Assembly (NCBI GenBank): GCA_020137815.1
Contig: CM035361.1
Location: forward strand, 2,728,001 to 2,792,000
Length of the DNA: 64,000 nucleotides
Direction of reading: 5' to 3'
Source: Hormiphora californensis
Taxonomy: Eukaryota; Animalia; Ctenophora
Position 1 is the stretch's first letter; each line of letters begins with the position of its first letter. Below are positions 21,979 through 51,400 of this stretch, in pieces. The notes beneath the pieces were generated by a model. It was given only the letters and a program-made list of their open reading frames with translations. It was not told the DNA's origin and did no database searches. The translations under genes were made by a program, and so were the position numbers.

Positions 21979-24751
21979 ATGAAACTGCTGATAAAGATGC
22001 TCATTTGGCTGGTGATGGTTATCAGCATAGCAAGTACGTGATGGGTCAATCTTTTGATTTATCAGTTATTAAATAATGATGTAATTTATGTAATCATTTC
22101 CACACTGTCTTAGAAACCCAGCCAAGTTGTGGATTGTATCTTTTAAATGGACGGAATTACAACACATCTGCCATGGGAATATATGAAAAAGAAGTGTATA
22201 ACCAAGGTAACATTATCTAACTATCTAGGTGAAAACCATCGTACCGTGTAGTATGTACTGGCTCTTATTAGTTTTTCATCTCATGTTTTGAGTGCACAAC
22301 TTCTCTCTCTTTCTCTCTCCTCTCCTATCTGTTTTCCTCTCTCTCTCTCTCTCCTCCGTCTCCTCTTTCCTTTCCTCTATCTCTCTTCTGTTCTCGGTCG
22401 TTCTTCTCATCTTTCTTTCTCTCTCTCTCTCTCCTCTCTTTCTTTTCTCTCTCTCTCTCAGGCAGTCTCTCTTCCTCGTCTCTGTGCTTTTTCGTTCTGT
22501 GTGCTTCCTTGCCGCGTTCGTAGGCTACCTTGCCAGGTGACTCGGTCCGTGGGCTGACTGTTGTTACTCATCCATGCGCGGCCTTTTGGCGTTTTTCGGG
22601 GACCGTCTGGTATGGGGCTCGTGTGTACCCGACTCGGGAGTTGTCGTGGGGTTTCGTCTCTTCTACGGTGTTTTGGGATGGGTGTCCTCGGTTACTTTTT
22701 GGGGTGTGCGTCTCGTCCAGGTTCTTGGTCAGGGGTCGGGTGTGGTTTTGCTTTTGGCTGGCTTGTTTTTGGGGGTGTGCGTCTTTAGCGTAGCATTGGA
22801 GAAGGGTACGGGTCGGACTCCGCTCATGTCAGAGTCTCTCTCGGGGTGGGCCCTTGGTGCCTGCTATCGCTCGGGTTGTTCGGGTGGTCGCGGGTTCGTC
22901 TAGGCGTGCCTCTCGCTTCTCGGTGGGTCTCGTTAGTGGTCTCCCTCGGTGCTGTTTTTTTTCTCCGCTCTCGTGTGCATCTCGGCTCGTCTTCAGGCTT
23001 CTCGGGAATCGATGTCTCTTGTCCGGTGAGTGCCCGTTCTCTCGGGTGTGGGGGGGAGTTTCTTGCCAGGGTTGTCCGCTCTCGTTGCTCTTGAGGTTAT
23101 CTGGTTTGTCGTCTCTCTCTCGTCGTCTCTCTCGTCTCTCTCGTGGCTCCTCTGTCGCTCGTCGTTCCGGGGGTCTTGCTCTCCTGCTCCGTCCTCTCTG
23201 CCCTTTTTCGGTCGTGCTCCTGCGTCAGTCTCCTCGCTCGCTAGTGCTCGTTTTGCTCCTCTCATCTGCCGTCCTTCTCTTCTCCAGGTTCTCTCTCTAT
23301 GGGGGCTTGCTGGTCTTTTGTCTCTTGCATGCTCTTTCTGGGGGGACCTCGTCTCTCTCTCCTCTTGCTTATTTTTTTCCGGCGTCTCTCTCAATCGGAT
23401 CGTCTCTTCGGGGTCCTCTCTTGTATGTTGGCTTTGCAATGTGTCAGTCTTTCGGGCTCTTTCCTCTCGTCGTCCGTCTTCGACCTCTTTCGCGGGTTTA
23501 AGTCGTCGCGGGCGGCTGGGCTCTTCATCCTTCTCTTCTGTTCTGTCTTTTTTCGTCTCTTTCGCGTCTCGCGCTACGGTGTGGGTCTGCTCTTGTTCGT
23601 TTCTTCTCCCCTCTCGTTCGGCTTTTTGTTGTGCCTTTGACTCCTTTTCTTGTTTCCTTCTCTTCTTTTCTATTAAGATTTTTAGTTATTAGGGCTGACC
23701 GTAAAAGAGAGCTAGAACATGAAAAAAGTACATATTTTTAAAACAAGTTTCTCCTCAGGTGAAACATTCAACATCACATGTGAGGATGGATACAGTCTAC
23801 CGATGGATGAGACAAACAAAACCCTAACCTGTAGTGGAGTGATGGTCAGGGAGGGTTTTAGGTGAGTAAATCTACACCACTGTGCAAAACAAGTAAGTTG
23901 ATATTACGTTTTAGCTAAATAATTTAACGGACTCTGGCAATCCAAAAAACATAGTACTTGTTTAAAGTTGTCAGGAAGTTCGTGGAACCGCAGCACTGTT
24001 CTGATACTTGATGGTGAAGCGCAAACAAATTTTATCTTTTCATTTCAGTGTCCAGGAAAACAGTTGACCAGGATATTCTTACTCTGTTTTCCCGCGGTTA
24101 TGAATTAATGGTTGGCAGATGTAGTAATGATGAATACAGTCGGACCCCGATTTATACTGTGTCCTCGGGAGAAAAAGGCCCCCCCCCGCCCGCGACATAC
24201 GGCACCGTCCGAGACTAACCACCAACCCCCCCAAGTCCGCTGTCACCACCAGTCTAGTTTCGCTAGTACGTCGGAGTGGAGTTCGTACAAACAGAAGTTG
24301 ATCTGCTGGCCTACTGCCATACAACCCACACCGTTATTCTAACGAAATAATAAATAACTTGACCAAAAATTTTCAGACCTCTAGCTCAAATTCATTTTTT
24401 GATCGTAATGAACCTTGTCATTCATTACATTTCACCAATATGTTTGGACAACAATTATTCCTTTCTATCTTTTCTTTCCGATGTGACTGAAAAGCCACTA
24501 AATTGGACTACCACACGAGACACCGTGTATGGTTTTTTCTTCTTAAAGTTAGTTAGGTTTAGTTTGAGTTTTTCAGTATTCCGAATCGGTCTAAGTGTGG
24601 AGTCACGTATACGGCTGAAGGGGGAGAGAGGGTTGTTTGGCATGAATCTGTACTTTTTGAAATGTCTTTTTTCCCTTTTTGAATCACATCACCCTAAATT
24701 GGTAAACAACCCTTTGGCGGCCGGGATTTTTTTATTTACTTTTTCTAGAGT

Positions 24752-24782
<31 letters not shown>

Positions 24783-26452
24783 TTTGAAGTTTTAAATTTT
24801 TTTAAAGTCAACTTAAAAAAACCCAAAGAGAAAACTTAGGGGGGGAAAAACTTCAAAAAACTTCAAAAACTTAAAAAAACAAATATCTCCAAACCTTTTT
24901 GAAGAGGATGTTGTAAAAAAATTTTGTATAAACCCGGGGGCGCGATGTTTTGGTTTTGTCCTGTTTTTTTCATACTCCCTTTAAATAAAAAATTTGTTTT
25001 TTTAAAAAAACTGGAAAAAAAGGGTGTGGCCCCCAAAAAATTTTTTAAAAATTTACCCCATAATTTTTTAAAACTTTTTTCATTTCTGGGCAACTTTTAT
25101 TATAAAAAAATAATCTTTTTTACAAAAACATTTAAATTTTTACACCAAATTGTGCCATGGATTTTATGGCTAGGAATCATTGTAAAAACCAATTTGTGGT
25201 AGAAAAAGGCAAAAGGAAAGGATAAAGCCAAATATGATTTTAAACATGAAAAACCAAAAAGTGAAATAGCATGTAGATTAAAATAGTTTTGGTTTTTTAA
25301 ATTTTTGAAATTTTTTTAAGCAACTTCAAAAACTTCAAAAATCAAAAAGAGGTGGAAAAAATTCAAATTAAAAAATTCAGCCGGCCCCCCCCAAGTGCGT
25401 ACCCAAAAATTTTGCACGTATCTGGAAAAATGGTGACGGTGATTTGGGGGGGCTTTTTTTGCCCCCCCTACAAGTAACAGGTCAAAATTTTTCAAATTTT
25501 GTTCGATCCGTGAAATTTGTAGGGGCAATTCAAATTTTTGCCTCATTTCAGGAAAAATATTACACTCACATGTCGATAATTAATCCTTACACCCACCGGG
25601 GCATCCCCAAACAAAAACAACCTGTGGAGCGGGCCTTTGGGATTTCCCAAAATAACGAGGTATTGAAGGTAACCCCGAAATAATTAGGTAAAAGTCTAAA
25701 CCCATCTCTTTTATCATTCTCAAATGATGAAATGTATAGTGTATCTTAACCAACACAGCTGAAAACGAAAAAAAAAAAGCACCCTTCCCCAGAGCTTTTG
25801 CAACCCCTTTTATTAACAAAGTAAAAAAAACATCCCGTTAAAAACATACGAAGGTGGTACAGTTTACATTGACACAATTCACTGCAACGATGGTTACACT
25901 CTTATTACGTATGTTGGTGTAGATAAGTGGACATGTAATAAGAACAATGAAGGGCTCCTTCAATGGGATCCTGAATATTTTCCCTCTTGCATAGAAAGTA
26001 AGTACACATCGTGAATCGTGATCATTCAACATAAGAATCTAATCACATAATCATGACATGGTGTTAATTATGGTTTTAGACCCCTCTTATGGTTTTAGAC
26101 CCCGCTCTATTACACTATTACAGCAGCTTCCAACACAATTGATTTCACGATTCAACTCCCTGACATATTATTTCATTTTAGACTGTGATGATGTTACAGT
26201 AAAAAACTCAGTTGAGGGAACCTACCAAGGTGCAAGTCCATATGAGGAACTGGAGATTAAATGCAAAAACCATTTTGCTAGAATCGGTAAGTGTACTATT
26301 TGGAAAAAATTGATTCAAAATATTTAAAGCCCTTATCATGAAATAATGTTCTTCTGTTTCAAGAGCATCCATTTTGTCATGCGAGGTGAAGGATATAACG
26401 GATTCTCCGACCGTTTATTATAATCCATCCCCACCAACGTGTGAAAGAGTCA
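21979..26452 (+). pseudogene. Secreted multi-CCP family copy A (exons 1-2 intact; later exons degraded or poorly sequenced)
   Basis: MKLLIKMLIWLVMVISIA signal exon at 21979; exon 2 TQPSCGLYLLNGRNYNTSAMG; homologous exons near 23759, 24048, 25550, 25780-25997, 26183 and 26364 carry stops or frameshifts in noisy sequence. Confidence 0.7.
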
Positions 26453-27586
26453 GTAAGTATACATTGTAAACTGCAAGTACAGGCAAACCTCAATTCACTG
26501 GACCTCTTTCCCGAGGAATTCGGTAAATCGAGGTTTTCCGAAACCTTGTAAAATGGGGGGTAACTCGTACGTATTAAATGAGTTTGTCCTGATAGATGTT
26601 ACAGATTAGACAAAAAAAAACAAAAAAAGTGAAGCTTTCGATTTTTTTTTGTAATTTGGAAAATAATTGGTGTTTATCTGTACAACCAGAATTGAAAGGG
26701 GGTTCGGTTGTGTTTTTCTTGGTCCAATTTTAACACGAGGAAATTTTGACAGATCTCCAAAAATTTCTTAAAAAAAAATTCAAAAAATTATTTATTTTTC
26801 ATTTTACCCTGAAATTGGTGAAAGTTCTCACTTGACCCAGCTATGTAAAACATGGATTTGTACAAGGCAGGGACATTGGACAGCTCGTAAATTTTCATAT
26901 TTAACGGGTAATATAGGAAAAATTTTAACTTTTTTTAATTTTTTTTTTAATTTTATGAGGCGATCTCATGAAATTTCTGTTTTCAAAAACCATTTCATCA
27001 CACAATTTTCAATTTTTGTGGTTTCCCTGTGGTTAGGCATATAAATTCTATGGGTTTAAATTCCCCCCCATCTTTTAAAACTAAAGTTTTTTTGGGGGTT
27101 TTAAAAAAAATTGTTTGGGGTATTTTTTGGGGGGGGTTTTTGGGGGGGGGGTTTTTTAAAAATAAAAATTTTCCCCAAAAAACCCCCGGGGGGCCCTTTT
27201 TGGGGGGTTTGGGGGGGTTTTGGGGGGACCCCTTCTCCCTTTTCCTTCTTTTCTATCTCTTCTCTCTTCTCTCTTTCCCTCTTTTTCCTTGCTTGAGCCG
27301 TAACGTTTTGCCGTTTGAATACCATTAAAATCTATCCCTATCATCCCTTATCTCACACTATTAAACACAAGATTCTCTCCAAGCAAACAACGATTAAAAA
27401 CACGTGTCACACTCCATCCCTCCCTCTCTAGTCACACTCTAATATTCTCTAAGCCTTGTGGGTTATTTTTCTCCTATACAATTTTTTTACCAAGTTAAAT
27501 TTATTTGTTATCAACCCGAATTTCTTTCAAAATTATTGCTTTAATTTTGAATCTCGATTACAGAGATGTAAAGTTGAAAACAAACG

Positions 27587-29276
<1,690 letters not shown>

Positions 29277-29487
29277 AGAACTGAAGCTGAAATAGTAATT
29301 AGCAATTAGTAAAGTTGAACGAAGCTACTATCAAAACGATAGAAAAATTAATTGTTATTGGCAATAATATACAGCTCTTTTCCTTTCGTTCTATGTTTTA
29401 ATATCCTTGAAAGCTTTCAAGAATATTAAAACACATTATCCTAACTCTACTATAAAATACACAGCTCAGATGAAAAACAGTTCACAG

Positions 29488-29602
29488 TAGGAACCGACCG
29501 ACACAAGTACAAGTAAACAACCAATCAAAACTCGTTATTTAGGTCATGTGACTGGTTATCAGCCAATCAGGGACCAGTATTTCCTGATTCGGTCGGTTCC
29601 TA
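29488..29602. mobile_element. ~110-bp MITE (AGGAACCGACCG..CGGTCGGTTCCT)
   Basis: TIRs; internal CCAATCA and GTCA(C/T)GTGAC motifs. Confidence 0.85.
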
Positions 29603-29836
29603 GACCCTAGTTCACAGTATCGCGGTTGAACTGCTACATATTCTGTTTGTAAAGCAGCAAACAAAATTTGTACTCAAAGTCAAAATGTAGTCTATAGTGT
29701 ATCGTGTGAATCAGAGAAATGTTTGGAAGTTGCATAATGCATTTTCAACTAAGCAACTAAATGTTTTAGTAAAAGCCAACCACCCAACCACCCAACCATG
29801 GTGTGTGGACGCCGGACGGGATGAGAATCAATTCGA

Positions 29837-29889
29837 TTGTTGACATAGACACCTAGTGCGGGGGTCGCGCCAGGTGTCTATGTCACCAA
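29837..29889. mobile_element. Tiny MULE-like MITE, 9-bp TSD TCAATTCGA
   Basis: TIR TGACATAGACACC; TSD at 29828-29836 and 29890-29898. Confidence 0.8.
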
Positions 29890-30152
29890 TCAATTCGATA
29901 TGTTGTCAAAAAGATGGACCTTCCCAATTTTCAAAAACCCGATTTGACACAGACTGACAAAATCTGTGACTCACAGTCACACGAGGCACGATTTTACTAG
30001 CATATCACAACATATCACATACAATGTAACAGAAAGACAAGCTTAACGTCAGACCTTTGTGTACCGGCCCTTAAGTTTGGAGATAACGGCTCCTCAAATT
30101 TCAACATGAAAGTTTCATTGAAACTCAAGCTTTTCTGACCAAGTGGTTTGCA

Positions 30153-30242
30153 TTGGTGACATAGACACCTTGCGCGACCGAGATTGAGCTCACACACAGT
30201 GTGCGGGGGTCGCGCCAGACACCTAGGTGTCTATGTCACCAA
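30153..30242. mobile_element. Tiny MULE-like MITE, 10-bp TSD GTGGTTTGCA
   Basis: TIR TTGGTGACATAGACACC; TSD at 30143-30152 and 30243-30252. Confidence 0.82.
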
Positions 30243-30795
30243 GTGGTTTGCAGTTGAGAGCTGCACGGTGTTCCTCGCGTTTTCCTGAGTTTGTCATTCA
30301 AAACAAGGAATTTTCATGACGAATCCAATACAATGCCACAACCCGGTAAACCCATATTCCCCATAGCCCATAGGATTGGGACGCCGAATGATGTCACACT
30401 GTCAGGGCCAGGCCAATGCTCTGACCACTGTAATTCCCCCACAGTTAGCTGTGACAGATTTGTGGATGGATTTTTCCATACCCCTCATTCATTGACAAAT
30501 GACAAATGTAAACAACATCAATTTCAAATTGTAAAAAGTTGGTAAAAATCAAAAACACGCAAGCGACAAACGTACAAATTTGGTCACTGTCTGACTCATT
30601 ATATCCATGATACACATACTCAACAATGACACACATCAAACTCAATACAAAGCTGTCTGGCGCCGCCGACCCCATCTGAGCGCCGCCATACAGATATGGT
30701 CCGCCTAGATATCCCGCCTAGATATATCTATAGGCGGGATCTATGATATAACACCGATTATAGCTACTTCAACAAGCACGTACTACAAGCACATA

Positions 30796-31559
30796 ACGGG
30801 TGACAACTAAAAATCTGGACAATTTTCTGTGAGCTCTAGCGCCGGCCCCGCTTGAGATACAGCTTCAGGCCAGTGATAAAACGATTTTTCAGACAATTTT
30901 GAATCAGAATAACACAACGGAAAAAACTAAAAAGTTCATTTTCATTGCGTTATCGCATCATTTCCTCTTGACCCACCAAAGCATGTGTACGGAGATTTGA
31001 GAGTTCCGTGTGATCAGAAACGACCTTCCCGATGAGATAAAATTCTCAAATTTGAAATAATGGTTGTTCATGCCATAACCAACATAACTACCAAGTTTCA
31101 ACATTTTAGCTTATCAGGAAGTTGGTTTTCCACGTCATAAATGTTTCGAGAGATCGTCAAAATGGCGATTTCTCAAATTACCTGTAAACTACGCTTTGAA
31201 GGGTTTGTTACAGATAATTCTGTGACTAGAATTGCGATTATCGGAGTGTGAAACAAAGTTAATTTAGTTCAAAATCGTCTGAAAAATCATTCTATCGCTG
31301 CCCCGAAGCTGTATCTCAAAAAGAACAGGCGCTAGAGGTGCTAGAAAAGTGTGTAAATTTCAAGTACTACATGCTTTGGTGGGTCAAGAGGAAATGATGC
31401 GATATCGCAATGAAAATGAACTTTTTAGTTTTTCCCGCTGTGTTATTCTGATTCAAAATTGTCTGAAAAATCGTTCTATCACTGGCCTGAAGCTGTATCT
31501 CAAGCGGGGCCGGCGCTAGAGCTCACAGAAAATTGTCCAGATTTTTAGTTGTCACCCGT
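30796..31559. mobile_element. MITE with ~190-bp TIRs (ACGGGTGACAACT...), probably TA TSD
   Basis: Near-perfect inverted repeats at ~30796-30985 and ~31370-31559. Confidence 0.85.
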
Positions 31560-31589
31560 TAATAATGTAAAGACTGCACGTAACAAGTG

Positions 31590-33114
31590 GGCAAATTTGC
31601 ATTTGCGGGCATCGCACTATAGACGCAGTACCCACGTACTATAGACGCATTATAAACGCATTATAAACGCATTATAGACGCATTATAGACACACGCAATA
31701 TAGACGCAATTTCGTAAGCAGCACTATAGACGCAATATAGACGCATTATAACAGCAATATAAACGCATTTTTATAGACGCGACGCAGTATAGCCGCATTA
31801 TAGGCGCACTACCCACCCCAAAATCACCTTATAGACGCACTATAGACGCATTATAGACTGACTATAGCAGCACCATAAACGCTACATAGACCCATATAGA
31901 CGCATGATAGAAGCATTATAGACGCAAATCGCTTTTTATAGACGCCGCGTCTATAAAAAACGTGCTTTTTAAAGAAGCACTTTAGACGTACTCCAGGCTA
32001 CAGTGCGATATTTGAGGCGCAGTTGGGCGTTTTATAAACGCATTTTTGTCGCATATAAAAGGAAGCAGTACAGACGCATTATAGACGCATTATAGCCGCA
32101 TGTGTGCGAAATCGATAAAGACGCAATATAGACGCAAAATAAAAAGGAGAGGGAGAGAGAGACGAGGGAGGGAGGGAGAGGGAAGGAGAGGGAGGGACTG
32201 AGGGAGGGGTACAGGGACAGAAACAGACGGATAAAGATCTGAGACAGAAGGACAGAGTAAGATGGAAAGAGAGTAAGATGGAAAGATAGTGATATAGGGA
32301 CGGAGTGAGACATAAAAAGAGTGAGACAGAAAAAGACAGAGATGGAAACAAACGGACAGAGACGCGCTTACTATCTCCCTCTCTGTCTCACTCTCTCTCT
32401 CCACTCTCCATCTTAATCTCTCTCCATCTTACTCTGTCCGTCTGTCTCAGATCTGTGTCCATCTGTCTCTGTCTGATCTGTCTCTGTATCCCTCCCTCTT
32501 TCCCTCTCCTTCCCTCTCCCTCCCTCCCTCCCTCCCTCTAGTCGCTCTCCCTCTCCTTCTTATTAATTGCGTCTATATTGCGTCTTTATCGATTTCGCAC
32601 ACATGCGTCTATAATGCGTCTATAATGCGTCTATACTGCTTCCTTTTATATGCGACAAAAATGCGTTTATAGTTCGCCCAACTGCGCCTCAAATATGGCA
32701 GCGTGCGTCTGAGTACGTCTATAGTGCTTCTTAAAAAAGCACGTTTTTTATAGACGCGGCGTCTATAAAAAGCGATTTGCGTCTATAATGCTTCTATCAT
32801 GCGTCTATATGGGTCTATGTAGCGTTTATGGTGCTACTATAGTCAGTCTATAATGCGTCTATAGTGCGTCTATAAGGTGATTTTGGGGTGGGTAGTGCGC
32901 CTATAATGCGACTATACTGCGTCGCGTCTATAAAAATGCGTTTATATTGCTGTTATAATGCGTCTATATTGCGTCTATAGTGCTGCTTACGAAATTGCGT
33001 CTATATTGCGTGTGTCTATAATGCGTCTATAATGCGTTTATAATGCGTTTATAATGCGTCTATAGTACGTGGGTACTGCGTCTATAGTGCGATGCCCGCA
33101 AATGCAAAATTGCC
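31590..33114. mobile_element. MULE/Foldback-type element with long arms built from TATAGACGCA subrepeats, 10-bp TSD GTAACAAGTG
   Basis: TSD at 31580-31589 and 33115-33124; GGC..GCC termini; nearly the whole element is palindromic. Confidence 0.9.
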
Positions 33115-33745
33115 GTAACAAGTGTATTTCTCAGTATTCGACACATAACACATGCATGCAGCAACCTAGTTAGTTCACTGCTGGTGGATCAGTACTCTGC
33201 AAGCATCTCCCTAATTATACTAGAACTCAAACACCCATTTAAATTACATAGCTTTAGGTACTATGCAGTTACCTCGATCATCTAATAAAATACTTAAAAC
33301 AAGCTTCTAACATCGTACTACAGCATACAAAATAGAAAAAACATTTTACATTTAAACTTAAAGACTTGAGATATAAAATGTGATCGATCATGAGTATAAT
33401 AGTGAGTACAAAAACGTAAAAACGAGTAAAAAATCCTCAAATGTGATCACATACCAAGTTATAATACTCGATTTATAATCAAAATGATATTATGATATGG
33501 TATTCACTATTCTGCCTAGGAAAACACAGTTCAGGAGGGGGTTTCCAGACCACAGTCAGACACAAACCACAGTTCATATCGACAAACATTAAAAACATGG
33601 CGCCAGCGCCCTCCAGCGTCATCCACTGAACACACAGTTCACGTCAAACATGCAAAAATATATTGTCACCATAGTCCATATTATAGTGTGTCTGTTAGTA
33701 AACATGAAGTATTCCAGTTCCTGAATCCTGGTCCAGGAACAAACC

Positions 33746-33853
33746 AGGAACCGACCGAAACAAGTAAACAACCAATCAGAACTCGTTATTTAGGTCACGT
33801 GACTGGTTATCAGCCAATCAGGGACCAGTATTTCCTGATTCGGTCGGTTCCTG
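33746..33853. mobile_element. ~110-bp MITE (CAGGAACCGACCG..CGGTCGGTTCCTG) about 20 bp past the USP32 stop
   Basis: TIRs; same family as the copies at 15415, 29488 and 40240. Confidence 0.85.
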
Positions 33854-33872
33854 CCAGGAACAAAAGTATTTT

Positions 33873-47218
<13,346 letters not shown>

Positions 47219-47710
47219 TTATCGAGATTTTAGGGAATATATATAATTCTAAATCTGGAAACCTAAATTAGATCGAGGAAGACGCTAGGGTTCACTGGTG
47301 ACCCTATCAGTCTCAAAGGGTTAACACCCCCCCCCCCCCCCCACCTGCACCCCAGGAACAAAATGTGTCAATATAATAGTCCTTACTACTAGTTTCTCTC
47401 GTCCGATAATTTGAGAAATAGTTTGCTATGAATCTTATGTTTTAAGATAAGTTTACAAACTGTTTGTGTGTGACAAAGAAAAAGTTGTCAAGCTGATCTA
47501 TAATGCTATCCGCCCTTTCCATAACCTGTTATTGTTCTATTTCTGTTTCCATTTCTCTATTTCCCTTATTCTGCCCTGTGAGGGTTTGCTCTCCCTCTGC
47601 AACACCCAGGGAGAGAGAAGGAGAATAGCTGGAGGAAGATAGGGAAAATGAGAGATGTTGTACAGAACCGGGAAAACTGGACTTAAGCTTTGTTCAAGCT
47701 TTTTTATTTT

Positions 47711-47775
<65 letters not shown>

Positions 47776-48445
47776 CTCACTGGAGACTCTCTAGTCTCTT
47801 GCTCTGCTTTATAAAAATGCTTTATAGAACCCGTTCCTCACAATGCTTTATTATAGAACCCGTTCTTCACAATGCTCTCCCCTTCGTTCTAGCTCAACCG
47901 AGCTGTTTTTGCTCTAAATATAGTAAATCAGCATCTTATTTATCTTAAATAGTTTGTAGCTCTTCCCAGTTTTAATCAAGGTCAATAAGGAAAACGTGAC
48001 GGAGCAAGTTGCAGAACCCTCGTTTGTGCATGACCATTTCTGTGCTTTCCTCAGAAAATAGGAGGTGTGTGCTTCTTATTTCGTCGCGAAGAGAAAGGAC
48101 ACAATCAGTAATGGACAAGTCCTTTATATTTCCTGGCCTTTCTTCCTGGCAGTCCTATCAGACATACGTAACTCGCTCCCTACGATGTTACATTATAATT
48201 ACTATACGCTTGATTCTAATTCACATTCAAAACCATTTACAACTAACCAAAAAAACCATTATATATTAGCAATTTAGTGAAGAAAAACTACAACAACAAC
48301 AAAAGCGGATTTTGCAAAGTCTTAAACGGTTCCTAAATAATCTTAGTGTTAAAGAGAGGTATCTGATCCGTTAATAGCGCAGGAGGAAATCATCCCTCTA
48401 CCTGCTGTGGGTACCCGATTGGTACTTCTCACAGTCCTTAGCAGG

Positions 48446-51400
48446 ATGAAACTGCTGATAAAGATGCTCATTTGGCTGGTGATGGTTATCAGCATAGCAG
48501 GTATGTGGTGGGTCAATCTTGTGATTTATCAGTTGTTGTTAATTTAATTAATTAATGTAACTTATGTAACTATTTCCGTTATAGAAACTGCAGATAATAA
48601 CTGCTATCGGATGTTGTTAGCTGCAAAGAATTACGACACGTATGGCATGGGCCTATATTATGATATTGGTAGAAAAGGTAATGCCATCCTTGCTGAGCCT
48701 TATAAGATTTTAATATATATGTATATATATATAATATAGAGTGCACAATTTATATATCTTTCTCTTTTTCTCTATCTGTCTCTTCCTCTCTCCCTACCTC
48801 TCTCTCTCCCTACCTCTCTCTATCTCTCCGGCATAACGAATTTATAACGATATCCGACTGTATATTTTTGAACAAATTTCTCCTCAGGTGAAACATTCAA
48901 AATCACATGTAACGATCATGGATACAGTCTACCAATGGATGAGACAACAACAACCGTCACATGCGCTGAACTTGAATATATGGACGGCTCAGTAGCTTGG
49001 TTTTGGGATCCCCTTCCATATAAACTACCTACTTGTGAATCAAGTAAGTTGATATTCTGTATTAGGAGTCATCAGCATAGCAGGTAATTCGCATTACGAA
49101 TTGTATGATATCCTGCAAACCTGGAACAAAGTAGATGAAACATTGATATTGTTCCTTGTTACATCTCAGTGTGCCAACTCGATGAAATGACAGGATATTC
49201 CTACTCTACAACAGATGATCAAGGAGCTTCTGTTTCTGTTACTGGTGGACATATAGCAGCTGGTAAGTTAAAATGGTAATCGTGTCATATATTCTACAGG
49301 TTTATGGGACCAGTTATTCCCCCAGTTTGATAAGTCCAGTTAATTTGGTTTTCCATATATTGTCTTTTTTCAACCAGAATTGTTCGTGTGCGATATTTAT
49401 ACTCTAGGATATACCGCTCTGATGACTCGTCGGAACATCGCCAATATTTTGACATGTTTCCGTCGGGTATGGGCGGTATATAAGCACGGAATATTATTAT
49501 TACAGTCGGATCCCGATTTAGGGGCCCCCGATTTAGTGGCACCCCGATTTAGGGACAGGATTTTTTCCCCCGATATAGGAAATTAACCTTATTTGACCCC
49601 GATTTAGTGTACACCCCGATTTAGTGGACAAGAGCCTTTCCCCCGAGGGTGTCCCTAAATCGGGGTCCGACTGTATTATTATTATTCCCTCATATATATA
49701 ATGCCCTTATTCCGTATACGGAATAAGGGCGGGTTGCCAGTTTTTTGGTAATGCCCTCCTCCATTATTAGACAAAACTAGGAAGATGACTATTTAGTGAA
49801 TATTATTTCAGGAACTGTCATAACACTAACATGTGGTGATAATTACACTCCTATAAACCCTGACTCTGACAATCCACAAACAACAATATCAACTTGTGAG
49901 GGAGGCACTTGGATTCCGCCACTGGCGTGTATTGAAGGTAAATTAGTAAAGAATGAGGTGTATTGAAGGTAAATTAGTAAAAAATGAGGTGTAATGGTAA
50001 ATTGGTAAAGTTTTCCAATTATAAAAGCGTTAAAACTCAAGACTTGGTGGAATGAAAGCCTTAAAATTAATGAATCTGTATGATGTTAAACTGAAAGTTG
50101 AACATGCCCTCTTCAGATAAATTACTGCTACAAGTCGATACAAAACGAAAAAAAGGGCTTTATGAAAGGATACGGCGGCGACTTAGTTTCCATTGATAAA
50201 ATTCACTGCAACGATGGTTACACTCTTGTTTCGGATGCAAATAAGTGGGCATGTGTCAAGGATAATCAAGGGAACTTTCAGTGGGATCCGCAAACGTTTC
50301 CTACTTGCAAAGAAAGTAAGTGAAAAATGATACGTCTTTTAATAAAGATTTCAAATTATAAAAGTGTTAAACTCATCCCTTTGGTCCATTCTAAAAACTG
50401 GTTAAATCTTTCACTGAAGACCTTAAAAATATTCGTTAGCCCTTTTTCCTGAATTGATTCATAATAATCGAAAGAAATCTGCACGTGACAAATTGAAATC
50501 CTTAACTTATTTTGTTTCAGTGTGTCCACTAAGACAGTTGACAGGATATTCTTACTCTGTTTCTGATGAATATGCTGAAGATGGTAAGTAATGATAAATA
50601 TAGTCGGAGCCCGATTTACCGACCAATTGTACAAATCGTATTCAAGAGTTATAATGATCCGGTGAAAAACTATTTGCATTTAGAAAAAATCGCCTTATTT
50701 CAGGAACTACTGTAACACTCACATGTGATGATAATTTCACTCCTGAAAACCCTTACGATGACAATTCAAAAACAACAATATCAACTTGTGGAGGGGGCAT
50801 TTGGAATCCAGAAATGAAGTGTATTGAAGGTAAAAGTTAGACGTCGCAGGGACAAAGCTTAAATTGTGTTCCTATTTGAAAGGCGTTTCGGGGCGTTTTA
50901 AAGAGCAGGGAATTCTTTCCCTGCAAAGCTAAAAACTGAAAACTTAAACAGCAACCTTCCTCAGATGCTTATTGCGAAAGCAAAACAATAGCAAACGCAA
51001 AAACAAGCATCCCGAAAAGATACGAAGGAGGCTTAGTTTCCATTGATAAAATTCACTGCAACGATGGTTACAGTATTGTTTCGGATGCAAATAAGTGGGC
51101 ATGTGTCAAGGATAACAAGGGAACTTTCAGTGGGATCCGCAAACGTTTCCTACTTGCAAAGAAAGTAAGTGACAAATGATGATACACAATTTCTTCAGGT
51201 ATGAAAAACTCCTAAACCTATTCCTCTGGTTTATTCGCTGGTCCTTTTTCCTAAATTCCTTCGAAATCTGTTACAAATCTGCAGCTGCCAAATTGAAATC
51301 CTTAACTTATTTTGTTTCAGTGTGTCCACTAAGACAGTTAACAGGATATTCTTACTCTGTTTCTGATGAATATGTTGAAGATGGTAAGTAATGATAAATA

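Noticed and set aside
22288-23692. Long overlapping ORFs (up to 220 aa) on both strands
   Set aside because: A-poor, low-complexity sequence following a (CT)n tract; the equivalent intron is ~130-210 bp in copies B and C; probably noisy sequence with no domain signal.
24650-25830. K/F/G/P-rich ORFs (also at 26800-27340)
   Set aside because: Homopolymer-inflated, low-quality sequence; recognisable in places as a degraded copy of CCP introns and exons.
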